Assembly: GCA_965644315.1 (NCBI GenBank) | Contig: CBFFRQ010000013.1 | Span: forward strand, 806,001-870,000 | Direction: 5' to 3' | Source: Caecitellus pseudoparvulus | Taxonomy: Eukaryota > Protista > Bigyra: Bicosoecida | Length of the DNA stretch: 64,000 nt | In this document: in pieces, positions 10,489 to 21,532 of the stretch | Numbering within the stretch: position 1 is the first letter of the stretch | Layout of the letters: each line of letters opens with the position of its first letter | Made by a program: the position numbers and the translations under genes | The notes under the pieces: model-generated | What the model was told of the DNA's origin: nothing | The model's input: only the letters and a program-made list of their open reading frames with translations | The model's database searches: none

Positions 10489-12312
10489 ATGCACAGGGTG
10501 TCAAAGCACGCTGCCGCTGCCGGTGTGCTGGTGCGAGACTACGTGCAAAGGGCGCTGTACGCGCCGGGAGCTGGGTACTTTGCCCGCCACGATGTGGTCA
10601 CGGCCGCCCCACCCCTGCAGTTCTCCAACATGCTGGGCAGCCTGGAGTTCCGGCAGCGTGTCCAGGAGGCGTACGCAGCCAGTGACCAGGAGTGGCTGAC
10701 GCCTTCCGAGCTCTTTGCGCCGTTTTGGTCCCACGCCCTGGCTGAGTACGTAGTGCAGGCGTACCTGGACCTGGTGCAGCCCAGCCAGCGCCTGGCAGCG
10801 GCAGAGGGACTGCACAACATGGATGGGGAGAGTGTGGGGCTGGGGCAGGACCTGCCCCCCCTGCACGTGTACGAGGTGGGGGCTGGCACAGGCACGAATG
10901 CCCTGCACTTCTGCAGCTACCTGCAGAGCCACCACCCACACCTGTACCCACACCTGCGGTACACTACCGTGGAGATCTCTGCGCCACTGGCAGCCAAGCA
11001 GCGCGCCCTCCTGGCCCAGGCTGGGCACGGGGCAGTGCATGTAGCGCTGGAGGCTGACGTGGCGGCACTGGGGGGCTCGGACCTGCTGTCCAACCCAGAC
11101 CCCTGCTTCGTGCTGGTGCAGGAGGTGCTGGACAACCTGCCGCACGACAAGGTCGTGCGTCGTGGCGCGGTGCCGCAGTCCGCGCTCGTGACAGCCCCAC
11201 TGCAGCACCCTCCGGGGGACGGCGACCCCTTGCTGCCTCTGGTGTCCACCGCAGCTGCTCTGGGAGCAGACCAGGGTGTGCAGGGGGGCGACAGTGAGCA
11301 GTTCCAGGAGCAGGCGTGGTGCGAAGCCCGTGTCGCGGTTGCTGGCGATGTCAGCGGGGGTGGCCAGGCAGCCTTCGCCTCGGCCATGGGGCTGGGGGGG
11401 ACAGGGGGCATTCCCTCCTCCCTGCCCCCCCTCACGGAGGTGTATGCCCCCCTGACAGACTCGTGGGCTCGCGCCGCCTTTCAGTTGGGTGTGGCCCACC
11501 GTCCGGCAGTGACTCAACGCGGCCCAATGAGTCACTACGCAGGCGACCTCGGGCAGCAGCACCCCTGCCCCCCCCCTGCCTCTGGCTCAGCCCTCCAGGC
11601 AGCAGCCGAGTCACTGGCCGGGTGGCTGTACCCCGAGCAGCACCCCCCCTCCATCGACGCCTGTGTCGCAAAGGACATGCGCAGCGCCACCGCCGCGTAC
11701 GTCCCCACTGGTGCCCTGCGCATGCTTGCCTCCTTGACAAGGGCACTGCCGCGCCACCACCTCATTGCAGCTGACTTTTACAACCTGCCACGATCCAACG
11801 CCGTCCTGCCACGGCTGCCTGAGGGTGGAGGCGCTGTGGCAGCCTGTGGCCCCCACGACGGCGACGTGGCGCACTTCTTACCTGCCCTGAACGAGCCGCT
11901 CGTGACCTCCAAGCCGGCAGGGTCGGCTGCACTGGTGGACCACGCCACCTACCTGTCCCCCGCCAAGTGGGGCTCTGCAGACATCTACTACAGCTCGGAC
12001 TTCCCTGCTCTGGCAGGCATGGCGCAGCACTTGCGGCAGGCAGCCCTGGCCCACCCCGGCCCCGCCGCGGACATGCCCCTTCACTCCAGGTGGCGTGCCG
12101 CGCTGGATGGCTTGGTGCAGGCGGCGAGGGAGGCAAGGGGGGTGGAGGAGGGCGCCTTATCGCGGCAGCGGCGTGCAGTACGCAGCACTGCGCAGTTCAT
12201 GGGGCAGTATGGGCGCCACGTGCTGCCCCGAACTCGGACGCTGACTGGCTACAACCCCCTCCTGCACGGGTACGAGAACACGCACTTCTTGCTGGTGGAC
12301 AACGCCACGTGA
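10489..12312 (+). CDS. MidA/NDUFAF7-family SAM-dependent protein methyltransferase (mitochondrial)
   Basis: RDYVQRALYAPGAGYF, WLTPSELFAP, YEVGAGTGT, VEIS, QEVLDNLPHD, ADIYYSSDF. Confidence 0.88.
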   Translation: MHRVSKHAAAAGVLVRDYVQRALYAPGAGYFARHDVVTAAPPLQFSNMLGSLEFRQRVQEAYAASDQEWLTPSELFAPFWSHALAEYVVQAYLDLVQPSQRLAAAEGLHNMDGESVGLGQDLPPLHVYEVGAGTGTNALHFCSYLQSHHPHLYPHLRYTTVEISAPLAAKQRALLAQAGHGAVHVALEADVAALGGSDLLSNPDPCFVLVQEVLDNLPHDKVVRRGAVPQSALVTAPLQHPPGDGDPLLPLVSTAAALGADQGVQGGDSEQFQEQAWCEARVAVAGDVSGGGQAAFASAMGLGGTGGIPSSLPPLTEVYAPLTDSWARAAFQLGVAHRPAVTQRGPMSHYAGDLGQQHPCPPPASGSALQAAAESLAGWLYPEQHPPSIDACVAKDMRSATAAYVPTGALRMLASLTRALPRHHLIAADFYNLPRSNAVLPRLPEGGGAVAACGPHDGDVAHFLPALNEPLVTSKPAGSAALVDHATYLSPAKWGSADIYYSSDFPALAGMAQHLRQAALAHPGPAADMPLHSRWRAALDGLVQAAREARGVEEGALSRQRRAVRSTAQFMGQYGRHVLPRTRTLTGYNPLLHGYENTHFLLVDNAT

Positions 12313-12354
12313 CATGAGTGCATTGCAGACGCCGCCAGCTCGCCGCCCCCGCCC

Positions 12355-13430
12355 TCAGGCCGCGGGCTTCTTGGCTGGGCTCGCAGCTGCGGCAGCACCG
12401 GCTTCCTCCCTGCCGCGCTTGGCGCCCCCCGTCGGCGCTGCGGCCATCTGTCGCAGCACGTCCTTGATTTCGTCCACGGTGGGTGGCCGCTCGTGCTGCT
12501 CCATGAACTTGGCCACGATGCCTTCCAGCAGGGCTGCCTTGTCCGCGGCCCCCTCCTCCTCCTCCTCGTCCTCCTCCCCATCATCCTCCTCTGACGCGTC
12601 GTCGCTGCCATAGTCACCGTCATCTTCATCGCTTCCACTTCCTTCCTCCTCCTCATCCTCCTCATCATCTTCGCTCTCTGAGGGTTGGCGAGGGGGGGGT
12701 GTCCGTGCTGTGTGGCGGTTGTGGCGGTGAGCGGGGCATGTCCGCACCGTCTTCGGGTGCTTGCACGGCCACCTCTGCGAGGAAGGGGAGCATGTTCGCA
12801 TGTGTGCTCTCCCATGCATCGGAAGCTGCACGCCGCGTGCCGCCACGCACCATCCGGCACGTCAAAGTCAGCGGGGTCGATGGTCTTCGCCGCGAATTCG
12901 GTGTACTCCTCCAGAGCGAAGTCCAGGGGCTCTGACTCGTCTGACATGCGCACACAGACCAACCGACCCTTGAGGGTCCCGTTGGCAGCGTGCAGCGGCG
13001 GCTGGAGCTTGTGTGTGTTGGGTGTGGCGTCTGAGCCAGCTGTGCGCAGCTTCAACACGACGACATCCAGCTGTGGCCACTGGCCCAGGATGGTGGCGGC
13101 CCCTCCCAAGACTTCTGCCACCTGCAGACAAAGCAAACGGCGAAATAAAATGCCCGGCGCTCACAGGCAACGGTGAGGGGCCACCCGCTCGGTGCAGGGA
13201 GTGTTCAAATGAGCTGGGCGGTCGAGCATTTTCCGCAGATCTGCCGGCTGGCGCACCTTGTTCACCTTGGGGGACATGTCCAGGGACATTTCCACTGCTG
13301 TGCCATCGGCTTCTAGCACGACTGCCTTGACCACCGGCCCTTCCTGCGCCATGAGGGCCTTGAGCTGGTCGCCGCTCATGATGCTGGCGAGACCTGCAGC
13401 CGCCGCTTCGGGTGCAGAGGAACTGGCCAT
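12355..13430 (-). CDS. Conserved hypothetical protein with acidic C-terminal tract (multi-exon)
   Basis: Exons joined by GT-AG introns (e.g. 13256-13122). Core GQWPQLDVVVLK...NTHKLQPPL...VRMSDESEPLDFALEEY, then a D/E-rich tract and a KRGR basic motif. Confidence 0.7.
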
Positions 13431-13859
13431 GGTGCTGGCTGCAGCACTGTCGAAAATAGGGACTGGGAGGGTGTGCAAGCCGAACACAGCCATGAGCGTC
13501 TCACATGCACTTCTACGAGAACGAGTTTGGTGGGGGTTTACACCTGTGTACTCCGTGTCGGCTGCTGTCTCTGAGTCTGTGACGGCCCCCTTGAGCGTAC
13601 GCCTGGCAGCCCATATTGCAGCCAGAACGACAGAGCAAAACAAATAATTGCGCAGTACTACTTGAGGGCAGCACTGCGCATCCGCTGCTCTGTCAACGGC
13701 CCCGGCGCTCTGCACACACACTGTGTCCTGTGCTGGCGCCTTGCGCAGCGGAGCTGAGGCGCTGTACGGCAGCCTGCGTGCGAGGCGGGCTACTCCTGTC
13801 TACTTCGCGCAGCCAACTGTGTATCAGAGGATTCATTCACGTGATAGCTGTTTGTGAGC

Positions 13860-15398
13860 ATGTCCGGGAGCTCCAGGTTGCGCCGATTGAGCGGCAGCGG
13901 GAGTGTCGCTGACAACGCAGGTGAAACGCCACTGGTGGAGACGACGCCTGACGGAGACGCCTTTGTCGGCAGCAGTGCCACAGCAGCGGCAAGGGGCGCA
14001 GGAGTAGGTGTTCAGGGCACCATGGCGCACGCAGGTGCCCCAGGCAGCTCGCAGCAGCGCCACTCTGGCGCTCCCAGCAGCCGAACAGGTGTTGTGCCGA
14101 CTGGCGCAGTCAAGGCAGCGGCTGCCCCCGCCAGTGGCACCGCCCCGCCTACCTCCATCTGGCAGGTGTCAGACTTGGAGTCAGCAGGTGTGACTCCGGT
14201 GTATGACCTGCCCGCCCAGCTCGTGGGCGCCACGCCCCTGCCTGGCATCGCTGACATCCTGGCTGAGGAGCGGGCTTGCACGGCAGACCTGGTGCCGCGC
14301 CACGCGCTGCTGTCGGGAGGCGGCGACCTGCCCCCCACCTCCCTGCGCAGCCTGCCCGCCAACGTGGACTTCTCCCGCGGCGACGGCTTCGCAGAGCTGC
14401 GGGGGGCCATGGCAAACCTCGCGCACCGTTTCCGGAGCGCCACGCGCCACAGCCTGCCTGACAGCCTCGCAGCTGGGCAGGTGTACTCAGTCTGCTTTCC
14501 GGCCCTGACGGCGCGGCGGCCCCACCGCGGGGGCGCCCTCATCACCGACGCCTGGTTGACAGCTGCGGAGACCACCTTCCCCTCCCTCACGGCGCCGCCT
14601 GGCTCGGATGTGAGGGGACTGGGGCACAGTGCACGGTGGTGGGGGCTGCGACCCAGCCCTCCACAGGCTGGCCTGCCTCTGACTGTGCGCCTGGGAGCGG
14701 CGGCGTCCTCTGTGCCGTGGGCGGCGCCGGGACCCCCCTCCCACTCCGGGGGAGGGGGGGGTGTCACCTCCCCCGGACACCCCTCAGGGTACCCCTTGTC
14801 CACACCCGGCGGGGCTGGTCCGAGCCAGGGGGGGGCTGCAGAGTATGGAGGGGGGGGTGCGCGGCGTGCAGCCCCCCTGCCCATTGGGCCTGGGGCTGGA
14901 GGGGGGTGGCGCCCTGTGGATGTGCGACCCCCCCCTCCAGGGCAAGGACACCCCCCCTCCCGATCGGCAGGACCTGGGCCAGCCCAGGGTGTTGCCACGG
15001 CAAATGACCGTTACAGTGGACGTGATCAGGGGGGTCGAGGGTGGGGGGGACCTCCTCCTGGCGACAGGGGGGGTGGCCCGAGGTATGGGGGTGGGCCAGG
15101 GGGGCGCTACGGGCAGCAGGGGGGTGGGGGTGGGTATCGCCATGATCGTAGGGGGGGGTGGCCTTCCCAGGGCTCTCAACGTGGCAGAGGCGGGGGGGGT
15201 TACCGGCGAGAGCGACCCCCCCCTCCCCGGCGAGACGCCCCCCCCCCTGCTGCTCACCGGCAGCACCACCCCAGCAGTTGGAGGGGCGGGCCAGGGCGTT
15301 ACGGCGCACCCCCCCCCCGGGGCTCAGCCCCCCCTCCTTCCCACTCCACCCAGCACCAGGCACACTCCAGGTACTCACAGCCAACAGGGCGTGGGTGA
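13860..15398 (+). CDS. Hypothetical protein with RGG/Gly-Pro-rich low-complexity C-terminus (putative RNA-binding)
   Basis: Long ORF with in-frame ATG at 13860; C-terminal GGRGWGG/RGGG/YGGG repeats. Confidence 0.65.
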   Translation: MSGSSRLRRLSGSGSVADNAGETPLVETTPDGDAFVGSSATAAARGAGVGVQGTMAHAGAPGSSQQRHSGAPSSRTGVVPTGAVKAAAAPASGTAPPTSIWQVSDLESAGVTPVYDLPAQLVGATPLPGIADILAEERACTADLVPRHALLSGGGDLPPTSLRSLPANVDFSRGDGFAELRGAMANLAHRFRSATRHSLPDSLAAGQVYSVCFPALTARRPHRGGALITDAWLTAAETTFPSLTAPPGSDVRGLGHSARWWGLRPSPPQAGLPLTVRLGAAASSVPWAAPGPPSHSGGGGGVTSPGHPSGYPLSTPGGAGPSQGGAAEYGGGGARRAAPLPIGPGAGGGWRPVDVRPPPPGQGHPPSRSAGPGPAQGVATANDRYSGRDQGGRGWGGPPPGDRGGGPRYGGGPGGRYGQQGGGGGYRHDRRGGWPSQGSQRGRGGGGYRRERPPPPRRDAPPPAAHRQHHPSSWRGGPGRYGAPPPRGSAPPPSHSTQHQAHSRYSQPTGRG

Positions 15399-15967
15399 TA
15401 CTGTGGCATGCAGGCACTGCAGCGGTGCACGGGCAGGGAGAGAGGGCTTGCCCGGCACACATGGGCGCGTGAAGAGGCAGCGCACGGCGCAGGTGAAACG
15501 CAGCACAGGGCACCCCGGACAGCCGGAATGCACGTTGGTTAGGGAGCGGTGGCCAGGCCCCGAAATGCCTGCTTTGGTGCGCAGGTGTGAGGATTCCTGC
15601 GTGCCTGGCCGCAGCCTTGTGGTGCGCTGGCATGCCTCATGTTCGTGTGCTGGCATCCCGAAGCGCACATGCGGCAGTGCGGCCACCACGCCGCCAAGGA
15701 CTGCAGCACAGGCAAACCGAGCAGAGGCGCAAAATGCGCCGTCCGCTGCACTGGATGCCATTTTCAGGAAGCGATTGCGGGTGGTACCACTGTCGTTGTG
15801 GCCTGCCCAGGGCCTGTACGGAGGTTGCAACGCAGCCTTGTGCAGGCTGTGTGCGTCTCTGCGGCGAGGGCCGTTGTCGCCCTCACAGGCGCCCAGCGCG
15901 TGGCAGTGCAGGAATAGCTCGCACTGCCGCAGCATAGGATTGATCGTGGGCGTGGTGGACGAGCCAC

Positions 15968-18900
15968 ATGGCCAGCTCAGGCACTCGGAAGCAGAAGTGG
16001 TCAAGCCAGGTGCGTGGGTCGCAAGCGATGGTTCCGCTCCAGCCTGCGCCGCTGCACGGGTTAGGCGCCGCGTGCGTGGAGCAGGAAGATGCCACCCTCA
16101 AGAAACTAGTGGACGCCAACATGGGGGCAGATGGTGCCCCAAGTTGGGGGGAAGTCGCCCGTGAAATGGCTGTTTGCTTCCCAGCCATTGCCCGCAGCAC
16201 GAAGGCCTGCCGCGAGAGGTGGTTCCACCACCTGCGCCCCGGCCTCACGGATGCCGAGTGGACGCCTGCAGAGGAGGTGGTGCTGTTTCAATTGCAAGCC
16301 TTGCACGGCAATCGCTGGACTGCCATTGCGGTGCACCTGCCGGGGCGCTCAGACCAGGTGAGTGGCAGTGGCCGGTGACGCAGCCAGCAGTCAGGGCGCA
16401 GGGGGTTTACGGGCTGCATGGGGCACTGCGAGCCCCCGCACACTGGTTGCCTACGCACGACTTGCGTGGCCGAGGGCGAGGCAGTGTGGCGTGCTGCATC
16501 GCGAGGTCATGCCACGAGTGGCCCCACGCGGGAGTTTCACCGTCGACATGAAACTCCGCAAGCGTCCGGCACCCCCCGCCCTCTGCCTCCCACAGAACGC
16601 AAAGAACAGGTACTACGCAGCACTCCGTCGTGTGGAGCGCCAACGCAAGCTGAACCGGGATGCCGCTATGGCCCTCATCGCCGAGACATACCTGCCGGGT
16701 GCAGAGGTGACGGAGGAGAGGCTTTCCACTGGCATGTCCATCCTGCGGGCGGCCGCCCTGGCAGAGCCGCTGGAGGGCACGTCAGCGGCGCAAGACCTGG
16801 CCAACTTGGCCGACACATTCGACGAGCGGGGGTCTGTGCCCACCTCTGGCGTGAAGATCAGCCTGCCCATCGTGGGCATCGGCCGCACACGGCGCAAGGC
16901 CGGCAAGAGCAAGGCCAGCTCCTCGGGGGACGCGCCGTCCATCACGCATGGGCCTGGAGGGGCAGGCCGTGGTGACTCCTCTGGCGCCGTCCCGTGGAGC
17001 TTTGCACAGGGCGGCCGCCCGACGCTAGCCCCCCCTGTCGTGCACGGCATGGGGCCTCAGCCGTACGTGAACTCCTTCAGCACTGCCGGGTCAGACGGCA
17101 GCGCCACGCGCCAGGGCATGCGAGCGGCCTTCTCAGGGGACTCAGGCACCGGCGCCGAGGGGGCGGGGTACACGCCCATGCCCGGCGCTGCCTACGGTGT
17201 GTACCCTGGCACACAGCCAGTGCCTCGACCCGGGGTACACCGCCACATCGCCGAGGACGGCGGCTCCTCCACCGTCCTGGGAAGCACCTTCTCGGGAACA
17301 CAGGCGCCAGCTGCGTCTGGCGCCCTGGCAGTGGGCATGGCACCGGGCATGGGGTCCGGCATGCGGCCCCAGCTGCCCAGCCTGGGACAGGTGCCTGCCT
17401 GGCCGGGACACCGCCGAGGCCACAGCGGCTTTGTGCCGGGGCAGACACTGCCCTCCATCGGCATCTCAGGGGGTCAGGTGTCCTTTGCGGGGCATGGGCC
17501 CACCATCGCCACCACTGGATCCGCTGGCATTCTGCTGTCTCCCGGAGGAGGGGGGGGTGGCTGGGGACGGGTGCCCCCCTCAGGCACGCCAGCTCAGCCC
17601 CAGCCGCGCTCAGGGTGGCAAGATGTATCCCCTGCAGGCATGGCGTATGTGCCCGACGGGAGGGGGGGCTTCACCCCCGTCACCCCCTCCGCCTCCCCCA
17701 TGCCCCCTTCCAGCACCCCCCTCACAGGCATGTCCGGTGCCACTGCCGCCCAGCCCAGCAGCGGGCACAGCCTCACCCACGGCCTCAGTGCCCGGGCCAG
17801 GCGGGGCCTGCAGGGCTACACGCCTTCACCTGGCCTGAGCAGCCACAGCGTGCCCCGCGCGCCTGGATCAGGCCAGCGACGGGGGCGCAAGCGCACTGCG
17901 GAGGAGGCCAGCGAGGGGGGGTCCGTGGCTGCCAGCGAGGGGGGGGGCTCCTATGGCGGGGCTGGCATGGTGGTCATGGTGCCGGCGGGGGATGAGGGCG
18001 CCGCGACAGACGCCGGCAGCTACACGTCGGGTGCCCGCAGTGTGGAGGGGGGCACCGGCTCCTACCGCAACGCCTCGCCCTTCCAGCCAGCAGAAGGTGA
18101 CCCCGCCCACGGCCTGACGCCCCAGATGGATGCCTACGGCCGGTTGTCTCAGGGCAGGCACCGCCGTCGGCGTGTGGCAGCGGGCGAAGGCGGCGGCGGC
18201 AGTGGCGATCGCCCGCGGCTGACGGTGGTGGGGGAGGAGGAGGATGCCGTGTTGGCCGGCGGAGGCGGCCGCCTGGGCCACATGGCCCCCATGACACGGG
18301 GTCCGCTGGCGTCCCCCGCGGGTTCCGTGGACACGGCCGCCTCCACGCCAGTGGACCCTGTACCGGGGCAGCGCGCCTTGGAGAGCTTCCCAGTGGCGGG
18401 ACAGGCCCCCGGTGCGTTGCCGGAGACGGCGTCAGTGACTCCCCGCTCCACTGACTCGCGCACCTCCGGGTCTGCTTCCAGGCGGCGGTCGGGGTCCCCT
18501 CGCCGGCGGCCCAGTGTTCGCACTGACGACGAGACGCTGTCCAGCCAGCGCAGTGCCGGTGGCACGGACAGGGCCAGTGGCGCACCTGTCACGGGAGTGC
18601 TGGGCGGGCCGGTGTCCGCAGTGCAGGGACAGACGCAGCGCCAGGGTTTTGTGCCGGGATCGGTGATGAATTCTGCTAGTTTCGCTGAGATGAGTGCGGG
18701 GCCGGGGGGTTTCCCCGGCGCAGGGGGCACCGCTGGCCACGTGGAAGACTTGCCAGGGCACGGAGCAGGCAGTCTACACAGCCGGGACGGCGGCCCAGGG
18801 GGGGGAGCCTTCATCCCCGCCTTGCAGGCGGACACACCCGCCACCCACGCCGCCGCAGACACCCACGGACCCTTTTCCGCCAGCTCTGATGCACCGGGGG

Positions 18901-20201
18901 TGGGCTTTCGCCCCAACCCAGCCGATGGCAGTGCGGGTCTGTCGGTTCACCACCACGGCACGGACACCATCACCACCGTATCCACTGTGGCCAGCGGCAG
19001 CGGGACGGGCAGTGCCCCGGCGCCCCTCGCCCTGGGCATGGGCCAGCCAGCCCTCATCGCCTCCTCCATGCACCGCTCACAGGGCCAAGGCTCCCGGGGC
19101 CCTGCCTTGGCCTCCACCTCGCAGGCCGGCAGGGGAAGGGGGGGGGGGGCCCTGCCCACTGTGGGGTCCATGTCCACTATGCGAACGTTCGGCGGCATCA
19201 GCGCGCCCACGACAGCCAGCGGCAGGGCCACACAGGGCGGCCACACGGCTGGTGGCGCCTCGCACGGCGACGCGCCGACCGGCCCAGAAGACGACTCCAT
19301 CTCCGTGGGCTGGAGGGGCGGCGGCGGCGGCGGGGGGGCGGTCATGCCTGGCCCCCACGCGACGCAGGCTCACCCGCCAGCCCACCGAGGCCTGAGGGCG
19401 TACCAGACTGCGCCGTATCCGGGCCATGGCCTGGACTCGGTGGTGTCTGGCGAGACGGAAGGTGTGTACGCTGCTGGTGCGCGGGGTCTGGGGGATGTCG
19501 CCGCTGCGCAGGTGGGCGAGGGGGGGTCCCTGGCCCCCTCCCACGCCCTGTCTGGGGCGGTGGGGGCGGCAGGGGCTCAAGTCTCCTCCCCCGGCGTCGG
19601 CTTCACCGGGCGGGGCCTGCGACGGGCGGGGCTGTCACAAGAAGCTTCCCTTGGCCCAGGCGCCCTGCCCGGCATGCCGCCCCTGTCGCCCAAGGGCGGC
19701 GGTGCCAGTGGCTTTATGGCTGGCCTGGGTCCGCGGCGCTCCGGCCCTGTGCGGCAGCTGCGCGGGGCTGGCAGCCATGCGTATGGCAGCTACGGCGGCG
19801 AGACGTACGTGAGCGGGGAGATGCCCAAGCGCGTGGCGACGGGGGACAGCGGACATGGGCGGGACCTGCGGCGCCACGGCAGCAGCGCCGTGTCTGACGT
19901 GTCCCTGGAGGAGCCGGGTTCCCTGATGTCCCCGCCGGCGGTGGGGCAGGGTGGCGTGGGCTTCGTGCCGCCCTCCAGCAGTGGTGGTGTGCACATGCAC
20001 CCAGTGGGGGGCTTGGGCGGCGCCATCGTCTCAGCCCGCGCGGTGGGCGGTGCAGAGGCAGCCAATCCGTGGGGTGGAGAGGAGAGCATGCAGCGAGGCT
20101 TCTCCAGCAACATGCGCTCCTCAGCCGGGCTGTCCAGCGTGTTCACGGGGCAGAGCGGCAGCTTGGGGGTGGAGGGGGGGGCCAAAGGCGAGGTGTTGTA
20201 G
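15968..20201 (+). CDS. R2R3 Myb-domain transcription factor with a long disordered tail, 3 exons
   Basis: After removing introns 16010-16084 and 16358-16595: KWSSQ|EDATLKKLV...KACRERWFHHLRP...WTPAEE...GNRWTAIAVHLPGRSDQ|NAKNRYY. Confidence 0.9.
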
Positions 20202-20261
20202 CGGCCAGCTGCTGGCAGGGCGGGGGCTGCCCCGCCCCTGCCGGCGACAATTCACAGCCTC

Positions 20262-21062
20262 TCACAGCAACAGGCGCTGCAGCAGAGCTTCGTCAGACAG
20301 CCCCTGCAAGCTGCCCGCGGCGCTGCTGGTGGCGGAGGGGGAGCGTTTTGCACGGGAGTCAGCACTGTGACTCCGACGGCTACGCTTGGAACTGTGCCCG
20401 GGGCGGGTGGTGGGGGCATGCTGCGCGTGTGAGGGGGGTGACCTGCTGCGTTTCGCGCTGCCGCGCTTCGAGCGTTCACGTTTCGTGGCGCCGGTGTCCG
20501 CTGCCGGGTCGTGGCGAGCCTCCACAGCGCGGAGCAGGTCCCGGCGCCGCTTGCGCAGGTGAGCGTCCCCGGTGCCACTGCCCTCCCCACCCTCCACCTC
20601 CCGCGCCACGAGCAGGCGCTGGGCGCAGAGGGGGCACAGGCGTGCAGTGACCAGGGCAGCTTTCTGCGTGCCTTCTTCGGTGTACGAAAACGGCACCTCC
20701 AGGGAAACCAGATCAGCGGTGGCGCTGCAGGAGAGAGACCCACAGGCGAACTGCCCCTTTCCTGCCACGACCTCTTTCCCCGTGCGCCAGCGCATGCCCA
20801 CTGCGCCAGTCTTGTACCTGCTCAAGTCCACAAGCACATATGTCTTGGACAGCTTCGCGTAGTACTTCTGGGCAAAGCGCACAGCCCACGCGGCAGCCCC
20901 CCCCTTCTGCGCCTCTGCTACGTCAGCGTCATTGTCTCGGATGAACTGAAAGTGCTGCTCCAGGACCTCCTGGTCGGACTTGCCGCCGGCAGCCAGCAGC
21001 TGGCCGAAACGCCGATGCAACGCGGCCGGGGACAGCTGCTTGTGCTCGTGGCCCGCTGCCAT
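20262..21062 (-). CDS. FRA10AC1: FRA10AC1 splicing-associated protein
   Basis: HFQFIRD, KYYAKLSKTYVLVDLSRYKTGAVGMRWRTGKEVVAGKGQFACG, EVPFSYTEEG...ALVTARLCPLC. Confidence 0.92.
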   Translation of the reverse strand: MAAGHEHKQLSPAALHRRFGQLLAAGGKSDQEVLEQHFQFIRDNDADVAEAQKGGAAAWAVRFAQKYYAKLSKTYVLVDLSRYKTGAVGMRWRTGKEVVAGKGQFACGSLSCSATADLVSLEVPFSYTEEGTQKAALVTARLCPLCAQRLLVAREVEGGEGSGTGDAHLRKRRRDLLRAVEARHDPAADTGATKRERSKRGSAKRSRSPPSHAQHAPTTRPGHSSKRSRRSHSADSRAKRSPSATSSAAGSLQGLSDEALLQRLLL

Positions 21063-21532
21063 CGCGCCTGCCCAGGCAAGGAGCAGTAGGCACAGTGTCG
21101 TGGATAACAGAGACCGCCCGTTCAATGGCGGGGGGTGCTCAATGCAGTCAGCAAGGGCTTGTGAGGAATGCTGTGACGGGAGCTGTCAACCACGCTGTCC
21201 AAGCTTCAGTTGCTAGGACGTCGAATGCAAGCGGAAGTGCAATAAAGCACACACGGCTGGAGCATGGCAAGTCCTTATGTTTTTTGATTTTTAGGATTGT
21301 GCGTGCTGGGAGGTGGCGGTGGCTGGGCGCGAGGCTGGATTGGAGGGAAGCCTAGCACACTCAAATCCTTGCTTGTGCCACTATCCACTCGGGGCCAGCG
21401 GCTGGGCACGGATTCGGGGCCGGAAAGTGATGAAAGATGACTGATCTATACTCAAAGGCCCCGCTAGTGCGCTCTGCTCGACTGATGTGACCTGCAGTGC
21501 CAGCTTCTTGACAAGTTCGGACGAGGGCAGAG

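Noticed and set aside
9437-16084. Several stop-free introns with lengths divisible by 3 (69, 75, 75 nt)
   Set aside because: Other introns (161, 95, 74, 67, 92 nt) are not 3n, and stop scarcity follows from GC content; no enrichment can be shown.
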